A stretch of 64,000 bases of DNA from Pontiella sp. (GTDB lineage Bacteria; Verrucomicrobiota; Kiritimatiellia; Kiritimatiellales; Pontiellaceae), in assembly GCA_050290185.1 (NCBI GenBank), contig JBNKHE010000009.1, forward strand, positions 96,001 to 160,000. The letters are read 5' to 3'. A program made the position numbers and the translations under genes. Every line of letters starts with the position of its first letter. Positions within the stretch are counted from its first letter, which is position 1. Shown piece by piece: positions 9,943-20,249 of this stretch. Below the pieces are notes generated by a model, which had not been told where the DNA came from, did not search any database, and saw only the letters and a program-made list of their open reading frames with translations.

Positions 9943-11139
9943 CTACATCGCGGGGAGCTTGGTGTTGAAGTAATTGATGACTTCCGCAGCATACTCAAAT
10001 GCACCTTTATACCCTTCAAATTCGTCACGCAGGAATTCGGTAAGATCCCGTTGCTGCAGTTTCATCCCCAGATTGCGGGCATGCCGTTCGCAGTATTTGG
10101 CAAGGGCCTTTGTGCTTTTTCCAACCTCGACCCGCCGCTGGTTGCCGGAGCTGCTCACGGCGCGGTTGTGCTGGCCCGACCATCGCTCCAGTTCGGAGTC
10201 GATATAGCTTTCCGAAACCGTATTGAACGGGGCTTCAAAAAAACCGCCCACCACATCGAAGACGGAGTCAACGAGCGCAACCGTTTCCTGATAGGGCTTG
10301 CCGTACTTTTCGTTGTACTGCCGCCATCGAACCGGGGCCCATTTCTCATTGGTAAGGCGGTAGCAGAAGCGGCGGGTTTTGTTTTCGAACTTGGTGTTTT
10401 CTGTCATGCGGCTTGGCCGCGAGAAGCGCACGTAGCTGGCAATGCCAATGACTTCCTTGTTCTTGTTGATGACGGGGCTGCCGCTGTTTCCTGAAACAAA
10501 TTCGGCCGAAACCTCAACCAGATCGGCACCGACGCCGGTCACTTCACCGTAGAGCTCGGTGGCCACGCCTCCGCCTTCGCTGTTGCCGAAGACGGCCAAT
10601 GGCATATTCATGAGCACGTTTTCGCTGATGGTCAGGGCGTCGTCGCGATCGTCAATGGGCAGTCGTGCGATATCGCGTGTAAGGGCGAGTTCCACGCCTT
10701 TCGGGGCGATGTGTTCTCCGGCAACCGTGGCGAATTCGATGCGGTCGGCCCCCATGATGACGTGCTGGTTTGTGAAGATGTAGGTCTTGCCGTCCATGCG
10801 TGCAATAAAGCCGCTGCCGGCCGAGTCGCCCAATTCGGAGCTGCATTCGATGATGACCAGGTTTTGCGCAACATCATCGAACGAGAACGGGAAATCCGCT
10901 CCTTCGTCGGCCGAAGCTTCCTCATCTTTCTTTTCATCCTCCGACGGGGTCTCCTCCGCTGGTTCCTCGCTGGAGGAAAGGTCCCCGCCGTCCTGCGATT
11001 GATTGCTTTGGCCATCCTGCGGTTCTTCGGCCCGGGCCTGGATGCATAAACAACCCATGGACAGCAGAAGCATGCAGAGGAGGTATCTGAGCAAAGCCGG
11101 CGGTTGGAGCTTGGTTTTCATAGGCGGTCTCTTTTGCAT
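9943..11139 (-). CDS. Secreted trypsin-like serine protease, paralogue 2
   Basis: Signal peptide, acidic linker, TNQHV / RDIA / GNSGSPV. Confidence 0.82.
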   Translation of the reverse strand: MQKRPPMKTKLQPPALLRYLLCMLLLSMGCLCIQARAEEPQDGQSNQSQDGGDLSSSEEPAEETPSEDEKKDEEASADEGADFPFSFDDVAQNLVIIECSSELGDSAGSGFIARMDGKTYIFTNQHVIMGADRIEFATVAGEHIAPKGVELALTRDIARLPIDDRDDALTISENVLMNMPLAVFGNSEGGGVATELYGEVTGVGADLVEVSAEFVSGNSGSPVINKNKEVIGIASYVRFSRPSRMTENTKFENKTRRFCYRLTNEKWAPVRWRQYNEKYGKPYQETVALVDSVFDVVGGFFEAPFNTVSESYIDSELERWSGQHNRAVSSSGNQRRVEVGKSTKALAKYCERHARNLGMKLQQRDLTEFLRDEFEGYKGAFEYAAEVINYFNTKLPAM

Positions 11140-11154
11140 GGTGGAGTCAACCGA

Positions 11155-12375
11155 TCATTTGAAGTGAAAATACTGGATGTCGGATAGTTTGTTGCCGAAA
11201 TGGTCGATGAATTCCGCGGCATACTCCAGGGAATAAACCTGGTCTTCAAACCGCCCCCTCAGGTATCCTGTCATATCCCGCTTGGACAATTTCATTTCAA
11301 CGTGCCGCGATTTCCGCTCGCAAAATTCCGAGAGGGCTTCGGCACTATCGCCAATATCGTTGCTGATCTGCTTGTTGATGTTGTCCAGTTCGTGCCGGGT
11401 GGCGCGGCCTTTGTCGCTGAGTCGCACGATCTTGCCGACCATGTCGTTATGCGCCTTGGCCCATTTTTTCAGATCGTAGTCCCTGTGCTCGTTGGATACG
11501 GGGCCGAAGGGATCCACGACCCAGCCGTAGACGATATCCAGGATCGAGTCCACCAATTCTTCGGTTTCCATAAAAGGTTTTCCGTAGTTTTCGGTGTACC
11601 TTTTCCAGTTAACCGGCATCCACTTGACATCGGTAAGGCGGTAGCAGAAGCGGCGGGCTTTCTTTTCCGGCTTTGTGTCGTCGTCGGCATCATCGTCTTT
11701 CAGGTTGTAGAAGCGCACGTAGCTGACAATGCCGATGACTTCGCGATCCTGGTTGAGCGTGGGGCTACCACTGTTGCCGGAAACAAATTCGGCCGAGACT
11801 TCCACGAGATCCGCCCCGACACCGGTGACTTTCCCGTAGAGCTCGGTGGCCACGCCGCCCCCTTCACTGTTGCCGAATACGGCAACCAGCATATCCATCG
11901 CCGGTTTGTCGCTGATGGTAAACCCTTCGTGCGGGTCGTTGGCTGCCAGCGGCAGCCGGGCGATGTCGCGCGTGAGCGAAAGTTCCACTCCGCGCGGAAT
12001 GACCCGGTCACCCGTCGTGGTTTTTATATCGATCTGCGCGGCACCCATAATGACATGTTGGTTCGTAAAAACATAGGTCTTGCCATTCATCTTGGCTATG
12101 AACCCGCTGCCGACATACCGGTCGCCCGCATCGTTTTCGCACTCAACGGTTACGAGGTTGTCGGCCACGTCGTTGAACGAGTAGGGGAACTGGGCTTTGA
12201 TCTCCTCCTGTTGCTTCTTCTTCTTGGCCTCGAGTTCAGCTTGCTCGGCTTTTTCCTCTTCCGTCAGCTCCTCTCCGTCGTCGGCCCAGGCATTACGGGA
12301 TCCGATAGCGAAAGCCAGAAACGCCAGGCAAAGGAAAAGTTTAAAAATGGTTGGGTAATGGGATCGGTTAGTCAT
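11155..12375 (-). CDS. Secreted trypsin-like serine protease, paralogue 3
   Basis: Probable start MTNRSHY at 12375, overlapping the upstream stop (the ORF-track extension to 12768 lies inside the upstream gene); TNQHV / RDIA / GNSGSPT. Confidence 0.82.
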   Translation of the reverse strand: MTNRSHYPTIFKLFLCLAFLAFAIGSRNAWADDGEELTEEEKAEQAELEAKKKKQQEEIKAQFPYSFNDVADNLVTVECENDAGDRYVGSGFIAKMNGKTYVFTNQHVIMGAAQIDIKTTTGDRVIPRGVELSLTRDIARLPLAANDPHEGFTISDKPAMDMLVAVFGNSEGGGVATELYGKVTGVGADLVEVSAEFVSGNSGSPTLNQDREVIGIVSYVRFYNLKDDDADDDTKPEKKARRFCYRLTDVKWMPVNWKRYTENYGKPFMETEELVDSILDIVYGWVVDPFGPVSNEHRDYDLKKWAKAHNDMVGKIVRLSDKGRATRHELDNINKQISNDIGDSAEALSEFCERKSRHVEMKLSKRDMTGYLRGRFEDQVYSLEYAAEFIDHFGNKLSDIQYFHFK

Positions 12376-13255
12376 CGTCTTTTCCTTCCTCGCTGTCTTC
12401 GGCATTCGCATCTGCCGCTTCAGTATCCGTGGCGGCATCTTCTTCCACCTTGGTGTCGCCGCCCGCCTGTTCCTCGCCTGCGCCGGCAGCATCTTCGAAG
12501 TACTCGATCTTGCGCTGAACTGTGCGTTCGTAGACCTTTTCTTTTTTCCCTCCGCCAATGTCGTAGCGTACCATGATCCGCTGGGTCCAGTTGCAATGAT
12601 CATCGGTGACGAGATATTCGTAGGAGTGCAGGCGCTCTGCTTTCTCCTGGTGGTAGTGCTGGCGTTCCATATCAATGAAGCCGTTGTCCGCCCATTTGTA
12701 GTAATAGGTGTAGGCTGGCTTCCGGCCTTCGATACGCGTAAACTTGGTTTTGCGGTTGTTTTCGTCACGCTTGTATTTATAGGTGAGAATCGGCTTGTGA
12801 TCCTTGTCTACCAGCTTATAGGACACGATGTATCCTTCCGGAGAGTAGGTCTCAAGGCCGATCCGTCCGGTCTTGATTTCCTGTAGTGCAATCTGGCGGG
12901 TTTCGGGGTTGAGGACAACCTTCCATTCGTAAGCCTTGTCCTCTTCCTTGTTGTGGTAGGACATACGGTCGTAGCAACCGTTTTCGTCATATTTGAAGGA
13001 TCTGGTTTCGACCAGTGTTCCTTCTTCGTCGTTTTCTGTAATTTTGAGCAGGTTGCCCGTTTCGTCGTACTCCCGCTTTTCGGTCGTATACTCGCCCGAT
13101 ACATTCTGCCAGACCTTGAGCTCAACGCTTTTGACCGGTCCGTGCAGGTCGGTATCCTTGATGTCCGGCACCATGATGTCGAGATGTGTGGGGCTGGCCA
13201 TCAGGGAGGAAAGAATCCCAGTAGCCAATACCGCCGTAGTAAATAGTCTTTTCAT
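12368..13255 (-). CDS. Secreted YD/RHS-like beta-hairpin repeat protein of unknown function
   Basis: Signal peptide, LHGPVKSV, repeated Y-x-Y-D-E-N/T-G units, DDHCNW..R, RKIEY, acidic tail. Confidence 0.6.
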   Translation of the reverse strand: MKRLFTTAVLATGILSSLMASPTHLDIMVPDIKDTDLHGPVKSVELKVWQNVSGEYTTEKREYDETGNLLKITENDEEGTLVETRSFKYDENGCYDRMSYHNKEEDKAYEWKVVLNPETRQIALQEIKTGRIGLETYSPEGYIVSYKLVDKDHKPILTYKYKRDENNRKTKFTRIEGRKPAYTYYYKWADNGFIDMERQHYHQEKAERLHSYEYLVTDDHCNWTQRIMVRYDIGGGKKEKVYERTVQRKIEYFEDAAGAGEEQAGGDTKVEEDAATDTEAADANAEDSEEGKDDD

Positions 13256-13396
13256 GGTAATCACCCCAAATTTATAGGCTATTTGTACGGATTATTCCGT
13301 GCAACTCAAAGTAATTATCTTGGTTTATCTTGTGCGTAGTGACGAATTACCTCGATCCATCTAAAATTGTGCGTTAGCAATTAAGTGGTTCTATCT

Positions 13397-14209
13397 ATGG
13401 TTTATGATTTAGTTATACTCGTACTCAGCGCCGCAACCATTGTTGCATCGGTTCGCTATCTGCTCGTTCCCGGCATTGGACGGGTTGGAGCCGTACTTAA
13501 GTTTTCAGCAAAGCTCCGGGGTCAGATCATTGGTTATGCCACCAGTGTTCCGGAGTTTACCGTCTTGATGGCGGGTGCGTTTAACGGCGTTTTCAATGCC
13601 GGCATGTGGAACATCGCTTCTTCGAACATAATCAATCTTGTATTGTTTCTCGTTACCGTGGTGGCATTCCGTCAGCAACTGGATTTGCGCAATAAAAGCT
13701 TTTCCGATGAAATCACCTTTGGAATTTTGTCGATTATTATCCCGTTGGGTATGTTTGTGCTGCATATCGGAACGGGATACGGAACAGCTCTCGGCCTGGT
13801 TATTTTCTTCGTGCTCTACAAGGTGCTCGACAAGCGCTTAAACAAAGCCGGAAAGCCAGCCATCGTGCCGCCGGGGTCGGAGAGCAGCACATGGTGGGGA
13901 GGGAGCATCATGTTGGTGGCAGGGGTTGCGGTAATTCTTTTAGCGGGCCGTTTCCTGGGAGCCAGTGCCGGTGCTTTGGTTAAGCAACTCCATGTTCCGG
14001 CCTGGGCCGTAGGCTGGATTCTCGGACTGGTAACCTCGGTCTGTGAGCTGGCCTCGTTTATCGAGATCTACCGCATCCACCGCCCGAAGGATTCTCCCAC
14101 ACATATCAAAGACACGCAGGAAGCACTCGATGCGTTGGTCGCGTCGAATATTTCCAATCTGGGGCTGATTCTGCCTTTGGGTATGGTAGTCTATCTCATG
14201 GTCGCCTGA
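13397..14209 (+). CDS. Sodium/calcium exchanger (CaCA)-like membrane protein
   Basis: Alpha-repeat-like GYATSVPE..SSNIINL and TSVCEL..ASNISNL; multiple TM helices. Confidence 0.7.
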   Translation: MVYDLVILVLSAATIVASVRYLLVPGIGRVGAVLKFSAKLRGQIIGYATSVPEFTVLMAGAFNGVFNAGMWNIASSNIINLVLFLVTVVAFRQQLDLRNKSFSDEITFGILSIIIPLGMFVLHIGTGYGTALGLVIFFVLYKVLDKRLNKAGKPAIVPPGSESSTWWGGSIMLVAGVAVILLAGRFLGASAGALVKQLHVPAWAVGWILGLVTSVCELASFIEIYRIHRPKDSPTHIKDTQEALDALVASNISNLGLILPLGMVVYLMVA

Positions 14210-14218
14210 GAGAGGCGG

Positions 14219-15100
14219 TTACACGACCTGATCTGCGGGCTCTTTACCGCCTGATCGAAACAGTCTCATCCGCCAGGCGATGATGCCGGCTCCGATAATC
14301 ATGAGCAGGGAATAAAACTGCCCTTTGCTGATCCATCCGATGAAGAATTCGCCGTTGTCGGGTTCGCGAAAAAACTCCATCGCAATACGAGCCGTGGCGT
14401 AGAGTACCAGATAGCAGGCACTAAGTGCGCCGGGCCGTTTGGGCAGGGATGTCCTGCGTAGTAGAAGCATGATGGAAAAAACGAGAAAACCCTCGCAAAA
14501 AGCCTGGTAGAGCTGCGAAGGATGGCGTGGTTGAAGGGCGCCGCTGGCAATAGCCGCCTGAATTTCGGGCATGTTGTAGTTCCCGTAACTGTACCCCAGT
14601 TCCTGCGGAAATATCATGGCCCACTTGACGTGGCTCACACGTCCCCACAGTTCCCCGTTGATAAAATTAGCCAGTCGGCCAAAAGCGAATCCAAGTGAGG
14701 AAATACAAGCCATATGGTCGGTCAGGTTCCAGAACGATTGGCCGTTTTTCCGCGCATACCAGGCGATAAATACAATGACCCCGATAAATCCGCCGTGGCT
14801 CGACATACCGCCTTCCCAGACGCGGAACAGGGAAAGAGGGTCCTCCAGCAGGGAATCGAATCCATAGAACAACTCATAGCCAATACGCCCGCCGAGAAAT
14901 ACGCCGAAAAAAGCCAGTGTCACCATGAAATTGCTGACTTCCGCGGGGGCGACTTCAAATTCTCCCCGTTTAGACCAGCGGCGCAGAAATAGAATAGCGA
15001 CCATGAAACTCGCCAGATAGGATAGCCCGTACCAGCGGATGGCTACCGGTCCGCCCAGCTTCAGAACGATCGGGTTGATATGGTGAATGTAATGCGTCAT
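14219..15100 (-). CDS. lgt: Prolipoprotein diacylglyceryl transferase
   Basis: IRWYGL, GGRIGY, WEGGMSSHGG, GRLANFINGELWGR, RHPSQLYQ, EFFREPD. Confidence 0.96.
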   Translation of the reverse strand: MTHYIHHINPIVLKLGGPVAIRWYGLSYLASFMVAILFLRRWSKRGEFEVAPAEVSNFMVTLAFFGVFLGGRIGYELFYGFDSLLEDPLSLFRVWEGGMSSHGGFIGVIVFIAWYARKNGQSFWNLTDHMACISSLGFAFGRLANFINGELWGRVSHVKWAMIFPQELGYSYGNYNMPEIQAAIASGALQPRHPSQLYQAFCEGFLVFSIMLLLRRTSLPKRPGALSACYLVLYATARIAMEFFREPDNGEFFIGWISKGQFYSLLMIIGAGIIAWRMRLFRSGGKEPADQVV

Positions 15101-15498
15101 GACGGCTCACTATATGGATGCTATCGGTGTAATCAAAACCAATCGTCCGCTTTTCTTATTCAGCGCGGAGTCTGCGGGTCCACAACTGATTTTCTGTTGG
15201 ATCCCGGGGAAATTCAGCAGCCATCGACTCTCCAACCCTAAAAGGAGAACCTCAAATGGATGGTAGGGGAAACCTGCCGGTGAGCAGGCAAACGGGGGTC
15301 CGTTGCCATCCGGCATTCACCCCGGATCGCGCCGGCCTCGGCATGATCCATATCCCACATAGTTTCGTGCACATCGTGGAGGGGCGGTGGACGCACCCGA
15401 CTGCGGGCAACGAGGCTGTTTTTCCTCCCGGCAACGGCATGCCAATTAGCATGCGTTATCGGTTCAGGCTCTCCGGTAGATAGGCTATACATTGCGTC

Positions 15499-15963
15499 AT
15501 GAAACGAACCATCATAGATGCTGTAATCAAAAAAATGGAAATTGAACTGACGCGTCAGGCGCAAGCCAACGCGCAGTCAAACGCGGCGACAGCATTCAGT
15601 GCCGCGAACGCCGACAAGCAGCGCGATACCACGGGTGTCGAAGCGGCATTTCTGGCGCAGGGCTACGCAAAGCATTGCATGGACCTCGCGCATCAGCTTG
15701 AACAAGTGAAGTCGATGGACGTGGAGGATTTTTCGGGGCAGGAGATCGATGTCGGCGCGCTGGTTGAAGTCGATATGGATGGCGAAACCGATTGCTACTT
15801 GCTGCTCAGCTGCGGAGGAGGAATCGAAGTGGAAGTCGAGGACCGGAAGATAACCGTCATCACCCCCGATGCTCCGCTGGGAAAGGCCCTCATGGGAAAC
15901 ATCGAAGCCGGTTTTATCGAACTTCCCTCCGGCCTCGAAGGCATTATCCTGAACGTGCTTTAA
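15499..15963 (+). CDS. GreA/GreB-family protein
   Basis: N-terminal coiled coil with DTTGVEAAFLAQG; C-terminal VGALVE and VITPDAPLGKALMG typical of GreA_GreB. Confidence 0.7.
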   Translation: MKRTIIDAVIKKMEIELTRQAQANAQSNAATAFSAANADKQRDTTGVEAAFLAQGYAKHCMDLAHQLEQVKSMDVEDFSGQEIDVGALVEVDMDGETDCYLLLSCGGGIEVEVEDRKITVITPDAPLGKALMGNIEAGFIELPSGLEGIILNVL

Positions 15964-16015
15964 ACTACGAAATACGCCAAAGACGCGAAGCTTGAACGAC
16001 GACGCTTTTTCATCG

Positions 16016-16843
16016 TTAGCCGTCCTTGCATATGGCGTTGTGCGGTGCGGTGAGGTCATTGATGATACGGGCGGCCATGGCGAAACCGAAGCTTCCGGTG
16101 ACGAACGTGGCCGAGCCGAAGCCAAACTGGCAGTCGAGTTGTTTGGGGCCGTCGCCTGCATTGGGTTTTTCATAGCAAACTCCGCCTTCGGGGTGGGGAT
16201 AGCGGATCGGCTCGGCGGAGAAGACGCAGGGGATTTGGAATTTTTTCTTATGCTGACCGCGCATGTCGAGGTTGCGGCGCAGTTGCTTTCGGATCGAGGC
16301 GAGCAGGGGGTCGTTATAGGAGTCGCGCAGGTCGGTGGTGCGGATTTGCGTGGGGTCAACCCGGCCGCCGGCGCCGCCGGAAACGATCACGGGAATCCCC
16401 ATTTTCCGGCATTGGGTAATCAGATGGATTTTGGCGTTTTTACGGTCGATGGCATCGACCACGTAGGAAAGGTTCGCGGTGATCAGCTCGTCGGCGTTTT
16501 TGTCGGTGTAGAATTCGCGGATGGCATTGACGGTGCACTCGGGATTGATCAGGTGAATGCGCTCGGCGAGGATATCGACTTTGGCGCGGCCGGCAGTGCC
16601 GGTCATGGCGTGGATCTGGCGGTTGGTGTTGGAAAAGCAGATATCGTCCCAGTCGACCAGCGTAAGATGGCCGATTCCGCTGCGGGCCAGCGCCTCGCCG
16701 ACCCACGAGCCGACACCGCCGACACCCACGATCAGGACATGCGCCTCACGCAGGGCATTCACCGCCGGTTTTCCGTACAGCCGGAACAGGCCGCCGAAGC
16801 GATGCTCGTATCCGCCGGTTTCTATGGGTTGCTGGTCATTCAT
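16016..16843 (-). CDS. tcdA: tRNA threonylcarbamoyladenosine dehydratase (ThiF family)
   Basis: RFGG..RLYG, GVGGVGSW..EALARSG, SNTNRQ, GGAGGRVDPT, DPLL, CVFS.E, LDC..GFGS. Confidence 0.9.
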   Translation of the reverse strand: MNDQQPIETGGYEHRFGGLFRLYGKPAVNALREAHVLIVGVGGVGSWVGEALARSGIGHLTLVDWDDICFSNTNRQIHAMTGTAGRAKVDILAERIHLINPECTVNAIREFYTDKNADELITANLSYVVDAIDRKNAKIHLITQCRKMGIPVIVSGGAGGRVDPTQIRTTDLRDSYNDPLLASIRKQLRRNLDMRGQHKKKFQIPCVFSAEPIRYPHPEGGVCYEKPNAGDGPKQLDCQFGFGSATFVTGSFGFAMAARIINDLTAPHNAICKDG

Positions 16844-17053
16844 GGGATAAGGTATATAGTTCCGCCTTCAGGCGGCTTCACTTTCTTAATACGACAGACC
16901 GGCCAAAGCCGGAACTGCGGACATTCCAAAGGCGGGAACTATATTCGGGGATCGTCTTAATTCAAGGGCTAAAACCGGCCTTCCAGTCGGGGTTTATCGC
17001 TCGGATTTTAGGGTTTTCATAGGTTGGATGAACCCTGTAGGATGCGCGCCATT

Positions 17054-18082
17054 ATGGAACCTATCAATCAGCGTAAACTGGATCATATCAATATCGTGTC
17101 CGAGGATCGTGCCATCGATCGGCGGCAATATTATTTTGATCGTGTTCGGCTGACCCATCGCGCATTACCGGAACTGAACCTGGCCGAGATCGATCCCTCC
17201 ACCAGGTTTCTCGGGAAGGACCTCTCGTTTCCGCTGCTGATTTCATCCATGACGGGTGGGGCGGATGAGGAACTGGTGAAGATCAATCGCAACCTTGCCC
17301 GTGCGGCGGAAGCGGAAGGCGTGGCACTGGCGGTTGGCTCCCAGCGCGTGTTCCTTTCCGACACTGCTGCGCGTGAAAGCTTTGAGCTGCGGGAGACGGC
17401 GCCTTCGACGGTTCTGATCGGGAATCTCGGCGCGGTGCAGTTGAACTACGAAATGGGTTTTGCCGATTGCGAAGCCGCCGTAAAAATTCTGGATGCGGAC
17501 GGCCTTTATCTGCATCTCAATCCCTTGCAGGAAGCGGTGCAACCAGAGGGAGATACCGATTTTTCCAGTCTGCAAAACAAGATCGCCGTAATTGTGAAGA
17601 CGCTCAGGCAGCCTTTGATCGTCAAGGAGGTGGGCGCAGGAATTTCAGCGGTTGATGTTGAACGCCTTCTGGCGGCAGGCGTCAAGTATATCGATGTGGC
17701 CGGGAGCGGGGGAACCTCCTGGAGTATGGTCGAAAGCCGTCGAAGCGATCAGCCGGAGCTTGGAGAACTGTTCAGTGACTGGGGGATCCCGACTCCGGTT
17801 GCCCTGATGCAGATGAAACCCTACCGGCAGGAAATGACCTTGATTGCCTCCGGGGGAATTCGCAACGGCATCGACATGGCGAAGAGCATGGTTCTAGGCG
17901 CATCCCTGTGCGGTATGGCAAGGCCGTTCCTGAACCCGGCGCGCGAGTCGGCGGATGCTGTACGTGAAGTAATCCGGCGAATCAAGCGGGAGTTTGTTAC
18001 GGCCATGTTCCTGTTGGGTATGGAAAAGACCGAAAATCTAATTGGCAACGAGGAGCTTGTTCTTGATGAAGATTGGAATTGA
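17054..18082 (+). CDS. fni: Type 2 (FMN-dependent) isopentenyl-diphosphate isomerase
   Basis: RKLDHI, ISSMTGG, VGSQR, HLNPLQE..QPEGD, KEVG.G, GGTSW, SGGIRNG. Confidence 0.95.
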   Translation: MEPINQRKLDHINIVSEDRAIDRRQYYFDRVRLTHRALPELNLAEIDPSTRFLGKDLSFPLLISSMTGGADEELVKINRNLARAAEAEGVALAVGSQRVFLSDTAARESFELRETAPSTVLIGNLGAVQLNYEMGFADCEAAVKILDADGLYLHLNPLQEAVQPEGDTDFSSLQNKIAVIVKTLRQPLIVKEVGAGISAVDVERLLAAGVKYIDVAGSGGTSWSMVESRRSDQPELGELFSDWGIPTPVALMQMKPYRQEMTLIASGGIRNGIDMAKSMVLGASLCGMARPFLNPARESADAVREVIRRIKREFVTAMFLLGMEKTENLIGNEELVLDEDWN

Positions 18083-19238
18083 TAGAATCAGTTTCTACAC
18101 CTCGCACTACTTTGTAGATCTCAAGACGCTCGCGGATGCGCGGATGGTTGAGTCGGACAAATATTATGTGGGCATCGGCCAGGAAACCATGGGGATTCCT
18201 TCGCCCGACGAAGATGTGGTCACTCTTGGAGCCAGCGCAGCCTGGCCCTTGATGCAGGATGGTGATTTAGAGGATGTCGAGCTCCTGCTGTTTGCGACGG
18301 AAAGTGGCATCGATCAATCCAAGGCGGCAGGTATCTATGTGCACGGGTTGCTGGAAATGGCACCGCGTTGCCGGGTGGTTGAGCTGAAGCAGGCCTGCTA
18401 CAGCGGCACCGCCGCGCTGCAGCTGGCCATTGGTTTTGTGGCACGCAATCCCGGCAAGAAGGCATTGGTGGTCGCTTCGGACATTGCCCGCTACGAGCTG
18501 GGCAGTCCCGGCGAAGCCACGCAGGGCTGCGGTGCCGTGGCCATGCTGATTTCCGCCGACCCCCGGCTGGTGGCGATTGATCCCGAGTGCGGTTACTATA
18601 CCGAGGATGTGATGGATTTCTGGCGACCCAACTATCGCTCCGAAGCCCTGGTGGACGGCAAGTATTCCACCATGGTCTATATCCACGCGTTGATTGAGTC
18701 GTGGAAACAGTATGCGGAGCAGACCGGACTTTCCCTCTCCGATTTTGACCGTTTCTGCTATCACATTCCCTTTACTAAAATGGCGGAAAAGGCACACCAG
18801 AAACTCTGCCGGAAATTCAAGGTCGAGATCGACAAGACGCAGATGCAATCCCTCCTTGAGGAATCGTTGCGCTACAGCCGCATTACGGGCAACTGCTACG
18901 CCGGTTCGATGTATGTTGGACTGGCCTCACTCCTGGATACGGCGGAGGAGGATCTGGCGGGTAAGCGGATTGGGTTCTACAGCTATGGATCCGGCTGCGT
19001 CGGGGAGTTTTTCAGCGGTGTGGTCCAGCCCGGATACCGCGATTTTCTCTATGCCGAACAGCACCGGAATATGCTGGATAACCGCACTGAACTGACGTAT
19101 CAACAATACGAAGATATCTTTAATTACGGGGTGCCGACCGATGGCGGGGAATATGTTTTCCCGCAATACAAGACCGGGCCGTTTCGGTTTTCGGGAATCA
19201 GTCAGCATAAACGCGAATACGAATCGTTGGTGGAGTAG
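18066..19238 (+). CDS. mvaS: Hydroxymethylglutaryl-CoA synthase
   Basis: MKIGID, ATESGIDQSK, ELKQACY (catalytic Cys), GEATQG.GA, DFWRP, HIPF.KM, SYGSG. Confidence 0.95.
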   Translation: MKIGIDRISFYTSHYFVDLKTLADARMVESDKYYVGIGQETMGIPSPDEDVVTLGASAAWPLMQDGDLEDVELLLFATESGIDQSKAAGIYVHGLLEMAPRCRVVELKQACYSGTAALQLAIGFVARNPGKKALVVASDIARYELGSPGEATQGCGAVAMLISADPRLVAIDPECGYYTEDVMDFWRPNYRSEALVDGKYSTMVYIHALIESWKQYAEQTGLSLSDFDRFCYHIPFTKMAEKAHQKLCRKFKVEIDKTQMQSLLEESLRYSRITGNCYAGSMYVGLASLLDTAEEDLAGKRIGFYSYGSGCVGEFFSGVVQPGYRDFLYAEQHRNMLDNRTELTYQQYEDIFNYGVPTDGGEYVFPQYKTGPFRFSGISQHKREYESLVE

Positions 19239-19241
19239 CTC

Positions 19242-20246
19242 ATGAAAGCGGTGGCGCCGGGAAAATTGATCCTCAGCGGCGAGCATGCGGTGGTTTACGG
19301 GAAACCGGCCATTGCCATGGCGATCGATCGCAATGCGGTCTTCGAGCTCACGCCGCAAGCCGGCGACCGGATTTCCTTTGATCTACCCGGAGACGCCGAC
19401 AGCGAATCGTTTACCCTGATGGCCCTGCGCGATTTCAAGCGACGTGTCGAAAAGAAATACCGTGAATTCCTGACGGGCGACATCGGCATAGGCTACGTGC
19501 TTGCTGCGCCGGCCGATCTTTTTCGCTTTGCATTCATCAACACGCTCGACGGTCTGCACCGGACGCTCGACTCAGGCATGGTGCTCAAACTGCGTTCCAG
19601 CATTCCCATGGGTTGCGGAATGGGGTCTTCTGCCGCTACCGTGTTGAGCGAGATCCGTGCCATGGGCCACTTTCTCCGCGTCGATTTCAAGCCCGAGTGG
19701 TATTATGAATACAGTCTTGAAGCCGAAAAGCTTCAGCATGGAAATCCCAGCGGGGTCGACTCCTACATTTCGCTCCACGGCGGTTGCGCCCGTTTCGAGC
19801 AGGGGCAGGCCCGTTCCATGGCTTTGCCGCGCATGAAGATGTTCATGGTGCAGACCGGGATTCCTGAATCAACCACCGGCGAATGCGTCATGGAGGTGGA
19901 GCGCAAGTTCCGCTCCAGCGCGATCTGGAGCGAATTTGAAGATGTGACTAACGCTTTCGAAGATGCGATTCGTAATAATAATGTTCAGAAACTCCATTGG
20001 CTGATCCGCGAGAACAATCGGCTGCTTTCCGCCATTGGCGTTGTACCACCTTCCGTCCAACGGTTTATTGCCGATATCGAAAAATGGGGCGGATCCGCCA
20101 AGGTGTGCGGGGCAGGCTCCGTAACGGGCGAAAAGGGCGGTATTGTCCTTGTGGTTTCCGACCAGCAGCCGACCGAAATCTGTCAACGATACGGATATCC
20201 CGTTTCGCCTGTGCGCGGTGATCCGCTCGGTACCCGAATCATTTAA
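19242..20246 (+). CDS. mvk: Mevalonate kinase (GHMP family)
   Basis: APGKLILSGEHAVVYG.PAI, IPMGCGMGSSAA, HGNPSGVD, AKVCGAG; follows mvaS. Confidence 0.85.
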   Translation: MKAVAPGKLILSGEHAVVYGKPAIAMAIDRNAVFELTPQAGDRISFDLPGDADSESFTLMALRDFKRRVEKKYREFLTGDIGIGYVLAAPADLFRFAFINTLDGLHRTLDSGMVLKLRSSIPMGCGMGSSAATVLSEIRAMGHFLRVDFKPEWYYEYSLEAEKLQHGNPSGVDSYISLHGGCARFEQGQARSMALPRMKMFMVQTGIPESTTGECVMEVERKFRSSAIWSEFEDVTNAFEDAIRNNNVQKLHWLIRENNRLLSAIGVVPPSVQRFIADIEKWGGSAKVCGAGSVTGEKGGIVLVVSDQQPTEICQRYGYPVSPVRGDPLGTRII

Positions 20247-20249
20247 CCC

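Noticed and set aside
12376..12768. 131-codon N-terminal extension of protease 3 in the ORF track
   Set aside because: It overlaps the upstream gene in another frame; the signal peptide and paralogue alignment support a start at 12375
12368..13255. RHS toxin / polymorphic toxin system
   Set aside because: The protein is short and has no RHS core signature, toxin tip or evident immunity gene
15431..15444. TGGCATGCCGTTGC on the minus strand, sigma54-like
   Set aside because: GG-to-GC spacing is 9 nt rather than the required 10
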